Assembly (NCBI RefSeq): GCF_036321535.1
Contig: NC_087437.1
Span: 75,766,001 to 75,830,000, forward strand
Source of the DNA: Camelus dromedarius
Lineage: Eukaryota
DNA: 64,000 nucleotides
Reading direction: 5' to 3'
The notes under the pieces are model-generated. The model was not told the origin of the DNA. It made no database searches and saw only the letters and a program-made list of their open reading frames with translations. Made by a program: the position numbers and the translations under genes. Shown here piece after piece: positions 1 through 12,810 of this stretch. Position 1 is the stretch's first letter, and each line of letters begins with the position of its first letter.

Positions 1-3000
1 AGATGTAGCACTTTTTCTCCTCTTTGAACATGGTCCAGTGACACGGTAGCATCATTGCAGAAAGGAGCCAGACTTATTCTCAGAGAACTATGTTCACACT
101 TTTCGGCAAAAATAGCGATGGTTGTAACATATGTATTCCCTTCCTTGGATTTGAAGGCACAATCTACAATGTTTCTTCACTCCTTTTCTGATCTGGGGCA
201 TGAAAAACCGAGATTGAGATTTGGACTGTGAGTCTCCTGCATGGCAACATACTGTGTGTCACCGTCAGGCCAACAGGCCAGCCCTGAAGGGGGGCTTTAT
301 TACTGTGTATCTGTGTTGCATGGTTAACACCCGTCATCCTCCTCCTGTAGTCCTGCCTCGTACTCACCTTACTCTAAGATTGAAAAGTAAATCAGAACCC
401 CCACGTTTCCTACCCCCTGTTAGAAGAAGATTAACACTCTGACAGTTGTGATCGCCTGGAGTACTTTATTAGAGTATTAGCGCTCGTTTTCTTCCCTGTG
501 GGTGTGTTTGTGTGTGCACATGTGTAAGATAGGCACGTGCATCTTCTGTATGGACAACGGCGGGGTGCCTACAGGAGAGCAAATGTTAATTTCATGCTTT
601 TAGTAAAAACAGTTCAAAACGGATCTTTATTGGGTGGACTTACATTTGACGTGCATATTTGATCACTTAAAACCTTAAAAAATTCTAGGTAATTTGTCAA
701 GCATTTGACTGCTCACCAATGCCCTCTAAAAATGCAAGTTATTCTTCCTGTTGGTGTAATAACAATAAGACGTTCCTATTTGTAGTTGCATTATTAATGG
801 TTATTTCTCAGTCCACTGAATGTTCCCGTGTACCTCTTTTATGCCAAATCAATTGTCATATTTTATGCTGGGACCAAGTGGTTTGCCCGTGGCAAACCGA
901 AATGTATGACCTGCTGATGCCTCTCAGAAAAGTAAACACACTATGAAGACAGCTCTTCTTGAAAAGAAAAAGAAAAAAAAGTTCCCTAATTGTGTTGCTG
1001 TCCAGAACGTTACCATATGTAGAGGGAGCTGTACTCTTTATACAAATCTAATGGCTCCTGCTGCTCTTTTTCCTTCTGAAAATATTTATATTTTACTAAT
1101 ATCATTTGTTACTTTAGAATCCAGTTTTGATGAAAGGAGGAAAAAAAGCCGATGGACTTGAAAAAGATCCAGACTGCTATTCTCTATTGAGAAAACAGCC
1201 AGGTGTGAAAATCTTTATAGTAAACTTTTTTATGAATTAGACTTTTACCTTTTAATATGTAGTCAGCTCTCATTTATTTGGGGTTCAGCCTTGGAGCTAG
1301 CTTATCCTTTGTGTTTCCTTTAATGCTGCCTGTCTTTCGAGGCATGCGCTGCCCTAGACATCGCACAGAGGTTGCAGGAGAAACGCCAGGTGATCTTACC
1401 CATCATCGGCTTCTGTGGAAAAGGGACCATGGCAGCGGGAGCCCTGTTGCTTGGGCATCGCTGGGCCAGTTCGTTCTCTTTAGATTAGACTTACACTGGC
1501 TCCCAGTTTTCTGCCACACCAAATTAAAGTTGCTAACAATGTTTTGTGCATCAAATACTTTTCTCCCCATAATCTGCTTTTTTAGTCACTGGTCCCAATT
1601 TTTGCCGCCGACTCTTTGTTCATTTTTATTTACTGTATGTCCTCAGAGTGACACCGTTTGTCATTTTGACAACAAATTTTTCCAGCCTTTTCAGCCAAAT
1701 CAAATTTCTCTCTCCTTCAAACATCCTCCCAGCCTTCCTCCCCCACTGGCTCTCCTTTGCAGTCTACCCCTGTCTTTGTAGCTGCCTCCTTCATCTCTTA
1801 CCTTCCTTTCCTAGTTCTTCATGTGTCTCTGTGTAGCTCTATTGGATTTTTGTCTTCTTTCTCTCATTCAATTTAAAAATTCCTTTTTTTTTTCTTCTCT
1901 TCCTGCAGTGTTTTGCATACATTAGACACTCACTGCATAAGTTTGATGATTGAGAGTATTTAGATTTGCCACTATTTTTAATAGGGTGAGCTAGAGAGTT
2001 TTCTTTATAGACAGATCTCACATGCTCTGAAAACGGTAAAAGGTAATGATTTTTTTAACCTGGAAACCCCATATCCAGCCTGTTTAAATTTCTGTGAATG
2101 TTAGAATTACATCAATGGGGCTATCCTGTAGTTGGGAGTATTGCTCTCTTCAGGATGCTGTAGTCAGTTTAGTAAGTGACCGACCAAATTGTAGTTTGAG
2201 TTATAATAAAGCTCAAAAAGTGGTACGTTTACTCTTCCTTCTCATTAATAATAATTGAGCTCTTTGTTACCTGGATTTCGCTAGCCCTAACATGAGTATT
2301 CAAAAACAGACATCTGTGGTGTATGTATAGAACTACACACCCTTTTTTCACCTGTTGTTGGAAAGTGGAGAAAAGATTGTTGGGCAACCCTTTATCGTTT
2401 TATCATGTTTTATTTGATGGAGAGTTTGTTTAGAAACCTTAGTTTTACATGTGTCATGTTTCCAAAATCACTAACTGCCATCACCCACTGGGGTCCTTTG
2501 TTAAGTCATTTTCTGTGGCTAATGGGGATAATCCAGGTGACTTAGGAGATGAGCAGTAAACAGGAAGTTTTCCTGCCTTTGGCTTTTGACAGCTCTTACT
2601 TAACATGCACAGCCAGTTTCCCCATCAATTTAGCTTTTTGAAAAAAAGAGAGCAGTCGTAATAAGCTTCTCTGTAAGGCAACATCAGTGGAAACTTTAAA
2701 GTGTTGTTATCAAAGTTGGTGAGACAAGGAAGCATTTCTGTTTTTATTAAGCAGAGCATTATTTACAAAAAGCCATCATTGAGAATTAGATCACACACCG
2801 TATAAATACCCATTAACCATTCTAAAGAAAGAAAACTCCAGTGTTGCTATGTGCAGGATCCTCTCTTGGGGGCTTTTTTCCATAGCAATTAAAGGTGTGC
2901 TATTTGTCAGTAGCCATTTTTTGCAGTGATTTAAAGACCAAAGTTGTTTTACAGCTGTGTTACCGTTAAAGGTTTTTTTATATGTATTAAATCAATTTAT

Positions 3001-3101
3001 CACTGTTTGAAGCTTTGAATATCTGCAATCTTTGCCAAGATACTTTTTTTATTTAAAAAACATAACTTTGTAAATATTTCCCTGTAATATTATATATACT
3101 T

Positions 3102-3107
3102 AATAAA
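3102..3107 (+). terminator. CD47: Polyadenylation signal AATAAA (main long-isoform site; cleavage about 3118-3125)
   Basis: AATAAA with upstream TGTA motifs and a downstream U/GU-rich element (tttttgttggg, 3121-3131). Confidence 0.8.
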
Positions 3108-3305
3108 ACATTTTAAGCTCTTTTTGTTGGGCTAATTTCTGTTGCTGCTACAGCAGACCACAAGCACGTGACCGAGACGTTCGGTTTATCACTGTATTTT
3201 CAAGTCCATATCCTAGGTAACAGTGCAAAGGATGACTTAAAATATTAACTTATAAATTATTTTTTAAGTATTATAATAATATCCAATAGGTAAGCTTTTG
3301 ATCAG

Positions 3306-3323
3306 AATAAAGTTTTAATTAAA
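3306..3323 (+). terminator. CD47: Second, more distal poly(A) signal pair (AATAAA 3306-3311, ATTAAA 3318-3323)
   Basis: Both hexamers are in the sequence; similarity to the remembered end of the longest human CD47 mRNA continues to about 3340. Confidence 0.6.
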
Positions 3324-3384
3324 AGTTTTAAGCAAGTCCAGCACATTCATTTTCCCTACAGTAATAGTGAAGATATCACCTGAG

Positions 3385-3480
3385 AAAGCAGGGGACCTTG
3401 GTTCTAGTCCCACTGTCAACTAGCAGAGGGCCTCAGCAAGCCACTCACCTGCCTCACAGGGTCCCTCCTTATCTGTAGGA
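3385..3480 (+). mobile_element. MIR SINE fragment
   Basis: ggttctagtccc..ctagc..gcaagccactcacct..cttatctgta resembles the MIR core. Confidence 0.5.
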
Positions 3481-3589
3481 GATACGTCTCTCCCAAGACA
3501 TAGATGTCAACTAAAATCATTTTCCATTTTAATTGGTTACCTATTTTGATTGCAAATGAAAGTAAACCTAAATCTAAGAAATGTGGGAT

Positions 3590-3970
3590 TTATTAATGTG
3601 GGCTAATATAACTGAAAATTCAGATGTACATAAAACTAGATAGTGGGCCTCAAAACAGTGTCCTAAGGATCCAGTGTCTCCAGTTTTCAGCTTTCCTCCT
3701 TGTTGCTTTCACTCAGAGGTTGCACGTGATGGTAAAACGGCTGACCACAATCCCAGACCCACCTTCTCCAGAGTTCAGGGGGTGGAGAGGGGAGGAAAAG
3801 AGTGTACGCCCTTTGTCAACAGTCTCCTCCACCCCTCACTGCCCTTCAGTGCTGACTGGGCCACGTGCCTCCCTCCCTCAGGCACAGAGACAGTCTGACG
3901 CTCTGATTGGGCCAGCCTGAGTCCCACGTCTGGCCTGGAATGGCACTGTGGGCTCCATCGTAGGTGGGAA
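3590..3970. mobile_element. Old MaLR LTR remnant (MLT1J/K-like)
   Basis: ctctgattgggccagcctgagtc and cagctttcctc..gatggtaaaacggctg resemble MLT1J/K; highly diverged. Confidence 0.4.
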
Positions 3971-5694
3971 CGGGGGACAGAGTGGAAGTTAACTTGAAGC
4001 CAAATCAGGAGACTGTAAAGACTGAGATGGCATGAGATTTTCAGGCACAGAATTCCTGGTCAGTGCTGCATTCCTTGCAAGTATGCACTCTCTGGTTCTG
4101 CTTTGTGTGTGTGACTGTAGACCATTTAAATGGAAAATAATATTTGGTAGCAAAGTACCGTCTCATTCCTTACCTCATAGGCAATTTAATTTTTATGCAT
4201 TTATGAGGACTTTTTCACTCTCGGCAGGAGTAACTAATGGAGTTCGGAAAGCATTTAATAGCCTACCTCCTGCACAGAAAGCTGTTCTGTGTAGCACAGA
4301 ACTGCACTCAGCCTGATTTGAGCTCCCATGGAGGTGTAGGCTTCCAGATGCAACTGGGTTTCATTTTTGGGGGCGGCACCTTTCCAGCTCAAGGCCTCCA
4401 GTTTGACAGCTGCAGAAAATAATGGATTATGGCAACACCATCCATGTAGGACATGATCCCACCAGTAGCTTAGAGATTTAAGCACAACTGACAGTGTTTG
4501 GTGTCAGAAGTGAGACTGTGCCGGAACTCTCCCCTGGTGTTTACTTTGATTTTATAAGCTTCGTGCTCAAGTACCCATCCATCAAATCGGAGGGAAATGA
4601 AGTATTTAACCTTACATTCTGGATAATTGGATTGATTATTTAATGTTTAAGACAGCACTGCATAGCAGTGATAGTGGATTTAATGGTTAAACGTAAACAT
4701 AGCAATCATTTAGTCATCTGGCTCTAAGACAGCAGCTTTTCAGCTCTGTTAATCGTTGTCGAAGACCAAGTATCTTTCCTCAGTTTGGATGATAAGAAAT
4801 GCTTAGTAAGGAGTCCAGTGTGGAGAAAAATGATTTATAAAAGTCTGAAAACTGCAACCTGATGTCAGCCTTGCTGCCAGACTGGGCGCTCATGCCACAG
4901 ATTTGCAAAACTGAAGCTCTTGTTCTCACACAGATGTTGTAACACTGATGTGGGACTCAGCGCGGGGCTCCTGCTCTTCAAATAGTCTTATTTAATCATA
5001 GACCTGTCTTCCAAAACAGACAACTCATTCTGCTTCCTAATTTTCTTTGTGAAATTCCTCAAGTTTGAACTGACAACATAAAATCCGGTGGACTTCCATT
5101 CTAAACAAGTGGGTTGTTGGCAAAGTTTAAGTGTGTTTGTTTAAAACATGGACTGTATCTTCCATGGAAGCTCTCTACTTGTTAATTTTTAAAATAAATG
5201 GTAATTTAGCTCTTTCGGTCAGTCCATAAAGGCTTTCTTAGTCATTTTTATTAAAAACAGTGTTTGTTTTGGAGGTGCTGAGGTTAGGTTGCGTTATGGG
5301 TGAACTTTTGTGTACATACCAATCATTGTATGAATTCTTTGGGGGGAAATTTTTCTCTTGTGCCCTCATGCTGAGGGCAATTGGAAAGTACTGGAACCGT
5401 TCCTCTCCCCACTGCTACCTCTTTCCCTAGCAGTTGCAGGAACAGCCGCCCACCACCTCGGACGAGAGCCCCGTGCTGGGACACGTCCAGCTCCACCTCC
5501 CAGGTAGCCCATTCCAGGAATGTGTCTCACTCTCCACCCCCAGCTCAGCCAGACATTTTTAGAATGTAATGTTCAAAAGTCTCATTTTTGCAAGTTAGAG
5601 AAGGCATATATTTGGTTACCTTAAGAAACCTTTATTGCAATGTTACCAATTGTTCAGTTCTCCCAGTTGGAGTGGTTAAACATATACTTTGGAT

Positions 5695-5792
5695 TTTTTT
5701 ATGCATCTATTACTGTTTAAATGGTAGTTGATTTACAGTGTTGTGTTAATTTCAGTCGTACAGAAAGTGATTCAAGTATACATACATATGGA
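5695..5792 (-). mobile_element. L1 extreme 3' end fragment
   Basis: tagttgatttacagtgttgtgttaatttcag..tacagaaagtgattc is the reverse complement of the artiodactyl-type L1 3' terminus. Confidence 0.6.
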
Positions 5793-7444
5793 TTTTTAAA
5801 AAATGTAATTATCCTGGATTCAATAGAACCCATGTCTCCTCATATCTTTAGCTTATGCCCAACTAGCAACTAGGGATTGTTCTGGTAACAAGTATTACTA
5901 AATGGAGCAGAAAATCTTACCCTGGGTCCTATGCAGGAACATATTTGAAAACATCAACAAATACCAGTTGTTCTCACCTCCATTCAAAGAAAGATGTTGG
6001 AAAACTATAGAATCTTTATGATTTAAGCTGATTGATTAGATTGTGGAATCTTTATTAACTGCCTAAAAGAACTGTGCTTGAAATTACACCAAAAAATCTG
6101 TCCGTTTTTTTCAAGAGCATCACAATCAGTAAAATTAAATACTCTTGTGTTAGTTTTACATCTCTGAAAAAAAGTATTAGATCCAGTCTCCTGGAATACA
6201 TTTGGCTAAAAAGTTTGGCTGGAATAGGTACCAAATCTCATCCTTGGGCCTTCTGACTAGAATCGTTTTCTTTACTGTATGAATAGACTAGACTTAGTAG
6301 TGAGACCAGCCAGCTCTTTGCCTCCCTCCTCAAAAGCAACTGGGATTCTCCAAAGGAGCTGTAATATAAAGTAATGGGAACGGAACGTCTCAGAACAGAC
6401 TTTTCCTGAGCGACTGAGTCCCCTGGGAGGGCGCTCAGGTGCTTGAACATGTGTTAATGAGGCCAGTGATCCCCACCTGAGCCAGTTACTTATTTCTATG
6501 ACTCTGTCTTGCTCGTCAAAGGATTTAAAGTGCCCCATTTGGGTCAGGTATTTTTACACAGAGAAAAGCCATGTTCCATGATCACAACCACTGGAGTTGT
6601 GCCACACGTGGGTGCGGGTGCTGGAGAGGAACAGAGCAACAGGGTAGAGGGGGACAGCAGAGGCTGGCGTCTCAATGCCTTGCTCAAAGCCACCTGGCAC
6701 GGAGGCAAGGCCAAGAGATTAATTTATTCATATAAAGAGCAGTTTTATATTTCTCCCCTGAGAAGCGAAGCCACTACAATAATTTTCACTATATGTACCA
6801 AACAAATTTATGTTAAAACAGAAACAAAAATCCCCGAGTCAAGCACATTCCAAGAGCCTGGATGCTGTCCAAGCAAACCTGGCAATGACACAGGTGCTGA
6901 TGAAAACAACATTTTATGAGGCCACCTTAGCTAGTCCTCCTGGGCATCTTTAGTCTTCAGACTGGAGGTAAAAATAAGATTTGAGCTCTCAAGTTGAGGA
7001 GAGAGGAGCATACGTTCTTCAAAAGACTCAAATAGATAATTGATTTTTTTAAAGCTGTTGCTGAGTGTAACTTACATCTGGTTTCAGAGGGCTTTTTTTC
7101 AGATGAAATCTTTGCAAACAATAGTAAAGAAATCTAGAACCCCCTGGGGTGACAGTTCAAGTACTGTCAGGGATTTATATCTAATTATTAGCCTGAAAAT
7201 AAAGAGAAAAAGAACCAGCCGAGTGTCAGCCTGGAAAACAACAGCCGTGGCGTTCAGCAGCCCAGTCATTAGTGCCTTAAAGGACAGTTCAGCACATTTA
7301 TTCTTACCCTGGAAAGAAGGCCACAGAGGTTTCAGTGCTTTCTGATAATAGTTCCTTTTTCTATGGAGGAGAGATGCTGCCTGTGCTTGTAGATTTCATC
7401 CCTTCTGAGCATCTAGTAGACCTGGGAGCTGGCTCTCACCACAG

Positions 7445-7620
7445 GCGCTTAGAGGAGAGGCAACATGCAGAGTCAGAGCACTCCACGCTCAGCGCTTCCC
7501 CGGCTGCGTGACCCTGTGCAAGTGACCTAGCTTCTCGGTGTCTGTGTAGAGAGTCAATGCCATAATGCACGTGGAGTACTTAGCACAGCACCTGGCCTAA
7601 GGTGAACACTCAGAAACTAG
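7445..7620 (+). mobile_element. MIR SINE
   Basis: gctgcgtgaccctgtgcaagtgacctagcttctc..acttagcacagcacctggc matches MIR core and tail. Confidence 0.65.
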
Positions 7621-10244
7621 AAACCATTTCTCTTTTTCTGCTTATTAAATTCAGCTGAGGAGGAAAAACCTTAGCAGGATAGCCTAGAGATGAGCATAAT
7701 ATACAGCGGAACACGTATTTGCCCACGTTGGGTCGTCGCCAAAGACGAAATCGAACATAAATTGAGTGTAAACTGATGTGACAAGCACAGCTACACTGCA
7801 GACGATGACTCCAGGTGCAATGTTCTTGGGAAGACACCCTCTGGTTCCCTCAGTGAAACCAGGGGACAGGAGGTGACATTAGAGAAAGGCATCATCAGAT
7901 AACCTGCTTTGCCCCTTCTTGGAATGGAAGTGAAGGAGCTCCTCCTCGTAGCACACAAATGGTCTTTGGAACCCATTCTCCTGTTAGCAAAACTCAACTC
8001 GCCCATTTATTCATTCACGTCGGGGACTGAGGCTGAAGATGTCCAAAAATGTGTGGAGAGCAGGCCCTCCCATCACCCTAGGTAGGATACAGTTTAGGAC
8101 TTAGAGCTGCCTTTCGGCTAATAACTGGCAGAAACTAAATCCAAGCATATGGGAATGAAAATGGATATTGAAAATACTGAGGCCTAGTAAATATTATTTC
8201 ACAAATGAGAGTATTTCAGTTGGGGGTTTTGATAAGGCATAGGTTATGTGCAATCAGCTTGCTCTCTTTTCTAAAATGATTAGAGTCTCTGCTCCACCAG
8301 TCCCCCTGGGTATCTGTAGAAAGCGGGAAAAAAAAAAAAAAAAAAGGCAGCTGGAGACATGCTGTGAATTGGAAATGGCTTCTGTTTACTTCTTCTCCAC
8401 CTACTCATCCGGCCACAGATGATGCCCAGTTCAAGGGGGAACTGAAAACCAAGTAGGGTTATCAGGCTGGGAAACTTTGAGGGAAGCGCAGAGCTTACTT
8501 CAGAGAGTGCTTGATTGAAGGCCCCAGATTCATTTTCAGGCATGGTTTTCTAGTAAGCCTTGAATGCTTAGACTATTGCATACATTCCACAGAGAGAGCA
8601 TCTGAGCTATCCTGATATGTCGGTGTTTTAGCTCCTGACTTCTAACGAGGCGAGAGATGTGCAGTGGATCAGTCCATTAAGGTGCTTGGCTGTTTATGTT
8701 TGTTGCATGTTTAGAGATGCAATAACTCTACTGGAGTCTTTTCTTTGTCATCTGTCTCTGACGGAACAGAAAGGAACACTGAGAGCCAATCACAGCACCC
8801 TAATTATATCAAAAAGTGGACACATGTCCTTCATTAGAAACATTACCTTTCCACGCCACCCAGTGAACAGTCTTTTACAGTCACCTCCCTCTTATTTCTT
8901 CCCCCAAATCAATTCCTCACTTCCTTCCACCCAAAATAAAAGCACACTGTGAATCATGGCATTATTGATGGATTTCAGTAGGAAGGATGTTCTAAGCAGT
9001 GAAAAATACAAATAAATTGGTTCCACACTGGAATTAATGGTGAAACCAGGAAGATAAACATAGCACAACTAATTGCATCCAAGCAAGATTAACAAGAATG
9101 TTGTTCTATGGAAAGAAAAAAATCAGCAGCATTAATGAAAATTAAGCAATATCTTAGTGGAACTAGTAAATAAATAAATATATATCTATATGTTTAATTA
9201 AAAGCAAGCCTCAATTATGTCTTGTTTCTTACTGAGCTGCTTAAATCAAGAAAGTCTAATGTTAAACGTGAAAATCAACTCAAGGCCCCTTTTCATCTGC
9301 ATTTAATTAAGACTTCTGTGTCTCAGACAAGCTTTTGAGACAGGTGGTGGAAAGTGTGCACTTAGGAGTCCTGTGTGAAAGTCCCGTGGCTTCCAGTTCA
9401 CAGGTCTGTAGATCTCCAGTTTGGGTATAGAAATCTCCTAAAGTTTTGTGGTGGTGAAGCTACTTCTTCTATAACTTCCGCTTTGATTTTGATGAAGAGA
9501 TACCATATCAGACCAGCATAAGCAAAGCTTATATCGATAGCTATAGCAGGAGGTTCTTTTTTCTAAGAGTGAAAGCAACACAGAAATACTCAGCAAAGCG
9601 ATTATATGAGGTTTTGCTTCCTCTGAGCTCAACTTCCTGCAGTGTTCTAGGTATCCCAGTAGTGTGAAAGGTCAGATTTGGGGAAGAAAACAGATTCTTC
9701 CGGGGGTTGGCCCCATCTGTGTTTTCTACAAACCTCTCCACAGTCAAGTTGTTTTCTTTCCACCCACTAAGAGCCCAAGGTGAATTTGAGTTAATCCCCC
9801 TTGCTGAGTCCGGCAAGATGGTCTGCTCCTTGGGGATGGGAATGGGGTAGCAGGTGGAGAGAGGGCCGTCTCCCCAGAATCGCCTGAAGAGATCGCGCTG
9901 GAGATCCCAGTGGTGCCATAAGGCATGTGCGTGGAGCAGGAGGTGCCCACGTCCGGCCCTTGGGTTGCACGTGTGGCCCTCGCTAAATCATTCCATGCCT
10001 CACCTCCCTGTACTTGGCAGGAAGATTGCTGGGACTGGTGAAAAGACAAGTGAGGTAACTGTCAAGTACCTCCAAATCCTCGGAAGAAAGATGTTGTGGT
10101 ATAAATCAAAGTCATTCCTTATTTCACTATTAATTATGCAAACCTCTTTCTTCTCTTCTTCATCCCACAAGGTCTTTTTTCATCTTTCATGAAGGTCCCA
10201 TCGCTCACCGGCCCTTCCACCCTAGGAAATAATATTATCCGCCG

Positions 10245-10340
10245 CTAATTATTGAGCACTTGTTCTGTGCCAGGCACTGTGCAGAGGCCTAAGAATACAG
10301 CCAGGATCACACAGACACCAGCCCTCCAAGCTGAGCTCTG
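10245..10340 (-). mobile_element. L2 3' end fragment
   Basis: ttattgagcacttgttctgtgccaggcactgtgc. Confidence 0.65.
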
Positions 10341-10344
10341 TATT

Positions 10345-10505
10345 TGTAAGTTTCTCACTTTCCCTGAGCCTCGATCCCCTCATTTGTAGCATAGGAAAAA
10401 CTAAAAACAAACAAAAATCACTCCTTACAGGACTGTTTTGAGGACTATACAGATAAAATATGTAAGCGTCTAGCGGACTGTAACTGGGAGCTTAATAAAT
10501 GTATT
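10345..10505 (+). mobile_element. MIR SINE fragment
   Basis: ctgagcctcgatcccctcatttgta..ggactgttttgaggact..cttaataaatg. Confidence 0.6.
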
Positions 10506-10571
10506 TCCCCACCCCTACCATAAGCAGGGAAAGAAAATGAAAATTAAATGTACACATTTCCCCATTTCTCT

Positions 10572-10738
10572 TTTAAAAAAATAATTATTTAGTTTTATTT
10601 TTTCTTGCTTTTTTTTTGGGGGGGGGGAGTAATTAGGTTTATTTTTTAATTTATTTTAAGAGAGGTACTGGGGATCAAACCCAGGACCTTGTGCATGCTA
10701 AGCATGCGCTCTACCACTTGAGCTATATACCCCCCCCC
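10572..10738 (-). mobile_element. Camelid tRNA-Ala-derived SINE (Vic-1 type)
   Basis: Reverse complement reads ggg..tatagctcaagtggtagagcgcatgcttagcatgcacaaggtcctgggtttgatccccagtacctc..aataaacctaattactccccc plus A-tail. Pol III A and B boxes present; homologous to the copy at 57565. Confidence 0.85.
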
Positions 10739-12734
10739 GATTTCTTAAGTTTTTTTTTTTTCAAAATACGTTGTTGTTGGATAGAAAGTTGAAGCTCTTA
10801 ATTTAAAAGAATGGGCCATTTAGGATGAAACAGCAGGTCACAGGTTAGAGGTCACAGGACAAGCAATCTTCAAGCCACTCTCTCCAAGCCACTCTTCCCC
10901 TCAGGGGAAGCAGATCCTTCACCCCAAGTAAGAAGTGTGTGAATCTGAATCTCAAGCGAGTGAAACCCTCTGGGCGGGGATGGAGGGAGAGGCCTTGGGA
11001 GGTGGAACGGGGTCTCCGCACGGCAGAGCCTCATCGTCTCCCCATGCTCATGCTCTGAGCACGCTGTGAGGATGGGGGAGAGCAACGGGTGACACACCTC
11101 TGCCAGGGCCGCACTCCTGTCAGGCTTGCCTGCCATGACCTCATAGTCTCCAGGGGCAGGATGTCCCCAGACCCAGGTGACAAAATGAGCAAGAATCCCT
11201 TTCTGGATGGATCTCAGGTGAATTCTGCTCACCTCCAGAGGAAAAGGAGAGTATTTCCAATTTCTCCCCCAACCTGAGTTTGCCCTCTGACCCTCCCGGC
11301 TTTTCGCAGGCTCAGCTCTCTCAAGTCCACCGTTCATGCAGTTCCAATGCCCATTTAACTAGAGAGGTCTTGGGGCTGGGTGTGCCCAGCAGAGGCAGGA
11401 GCAGCAGTGAACAGTGCTGGACAGCTGGGCCAGGGGCCTAGGACCTCAACCTCATGTTATCGGGGAATGCGGGCCCCAGAGAGGTGGGCGGGGCTTTCTG
11501 CATCTCTGCTTCTTTATGTGCAACGTGAGGGGCCTGTCCTAGATGCCTGAAGGGTTCTCCCCAGTGCAGCTGGTCTGTCATCTCTCCCAGGAAGTCAGTG
11601 AGGATAGCAGGACAGTGTTTCTTTTTAATCACCACCCCAGGAGAGGTGAGGAGGTGGCCTGCAGAAGAGGCCAGTGCCCCAGTCACTACCTCAGGGCAAT
11701 AAATCCCAGGAAAGAAATTCTGCTGAGAAAAGGAGACTGCACCTCTCTTCAGCCTGCACCAGCCCCTGGCATCACCTGAGGACACAGTCAAGGTCAAAAT
11801 CATGGCCCCTCCTGATTACCGAGGAATCCAAAGTCTCCCAGGTTCCCAGCTGCGTGAGGAGGGGCACCTGGAATGCCAAATCTGGAACAATTTGGCAAGA
11901 AATCATCAACATTCAGAGTACTAGATAGAAGGCGAGATACAAATGGGCCACAGGCAGGTAGGCCTTATTTGGTGTACACAAAGTTTTAAACAACATTTGA
12001 GCCATTGAAAGAAAAGAAGAAAAACAGAACAGCAGAAAGAGGAGGTTCTACTTTTTTTTTTAAATCTGGATTTACAGCATTTGTTAAGTAAACAAAATAG
12101 AAGATCTGACCGCATTGGCCTCCATGCCCACTCCCAGTGATGAGCTGGGGTCGCACAGCTTCTGCCCAGTGTGGGTGGAGCATGCACTCCCTGAGTCTCC
12201 GGACATCCTTCAACAGCAGCTGCTTGAGTCTGTATTTTAGCATTTTGCTTGTAGTAGAGAAATAATTTCTCTGTTCTCATGAATCCACAAGTGAGAAAAC
12301 AAAACACATACCTGGAGGACCACTTGCTTTGTGTGTACCAGCAAGTAGAGGAAGCATCGTTGTGGAAGGGACATGGTTGATGTTTGCTACGCAAGCCTCT
12401 AGCATGCCCTACTCATTTATGTTAACTGCCTGGCTCTCAAAGCCATTTTATCCCATGTCCTCTCCCTGGAAACCTTGGAGGATGGAAATCTGCAAATAGT
12501 CTGCAACTTTCATCCAGTCCTTCCCCCTCCAGAGCTATGCAAGGTCATGATGGGGTTGGCTGGGCCCCTAACCTTGGCAGGAGTTCTGTTGTCTTTAGCC
12601 CTTGCTTGCTTCATTATCTGCAGCAAACTTAACAAATCTCATCCATCAGTCCTTGGGCGGGTAGGAATTTGGGAAATTAACCTTTAGTTTGTCTGCTTGG
12701 GTACTAATAATATGGTTTTCTATCATGATCTTCT

Positions 12735-12810
12735 CCATCCTTCATACAGATGAGGAAATTCAGGCTCAGATAGGTAAGTCACGTACCCCAAGATACCCCA
12801 GGGGTAGAAT
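12735..12810 (-). mobile_element. MIR SINE fragment
   Basis: tacagatgaggaaattcaggctcagataggtaagtcac..cccaagat. Confidence 0.65.

Larger units (their letters stand above)
1..3340 (+). other. CD47: Distal 3' UTR (terminal exon, long-UTR isoform) of CD47; CDS and proximal poly(A) site lie upstream of the window
   Basis: Colinear with the human CD47 3' UTR as I recall it, from agatgtagca..ctcctctttgaacatggtc..gtgacacggtagca at the start to ..cctgtaatattatatatacttaataaaacattttaagct near 3118. AU-rich, repeat-free, no credible ORF. Recognition from memory; BLASTN would confirm. Confidence 0.9.
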
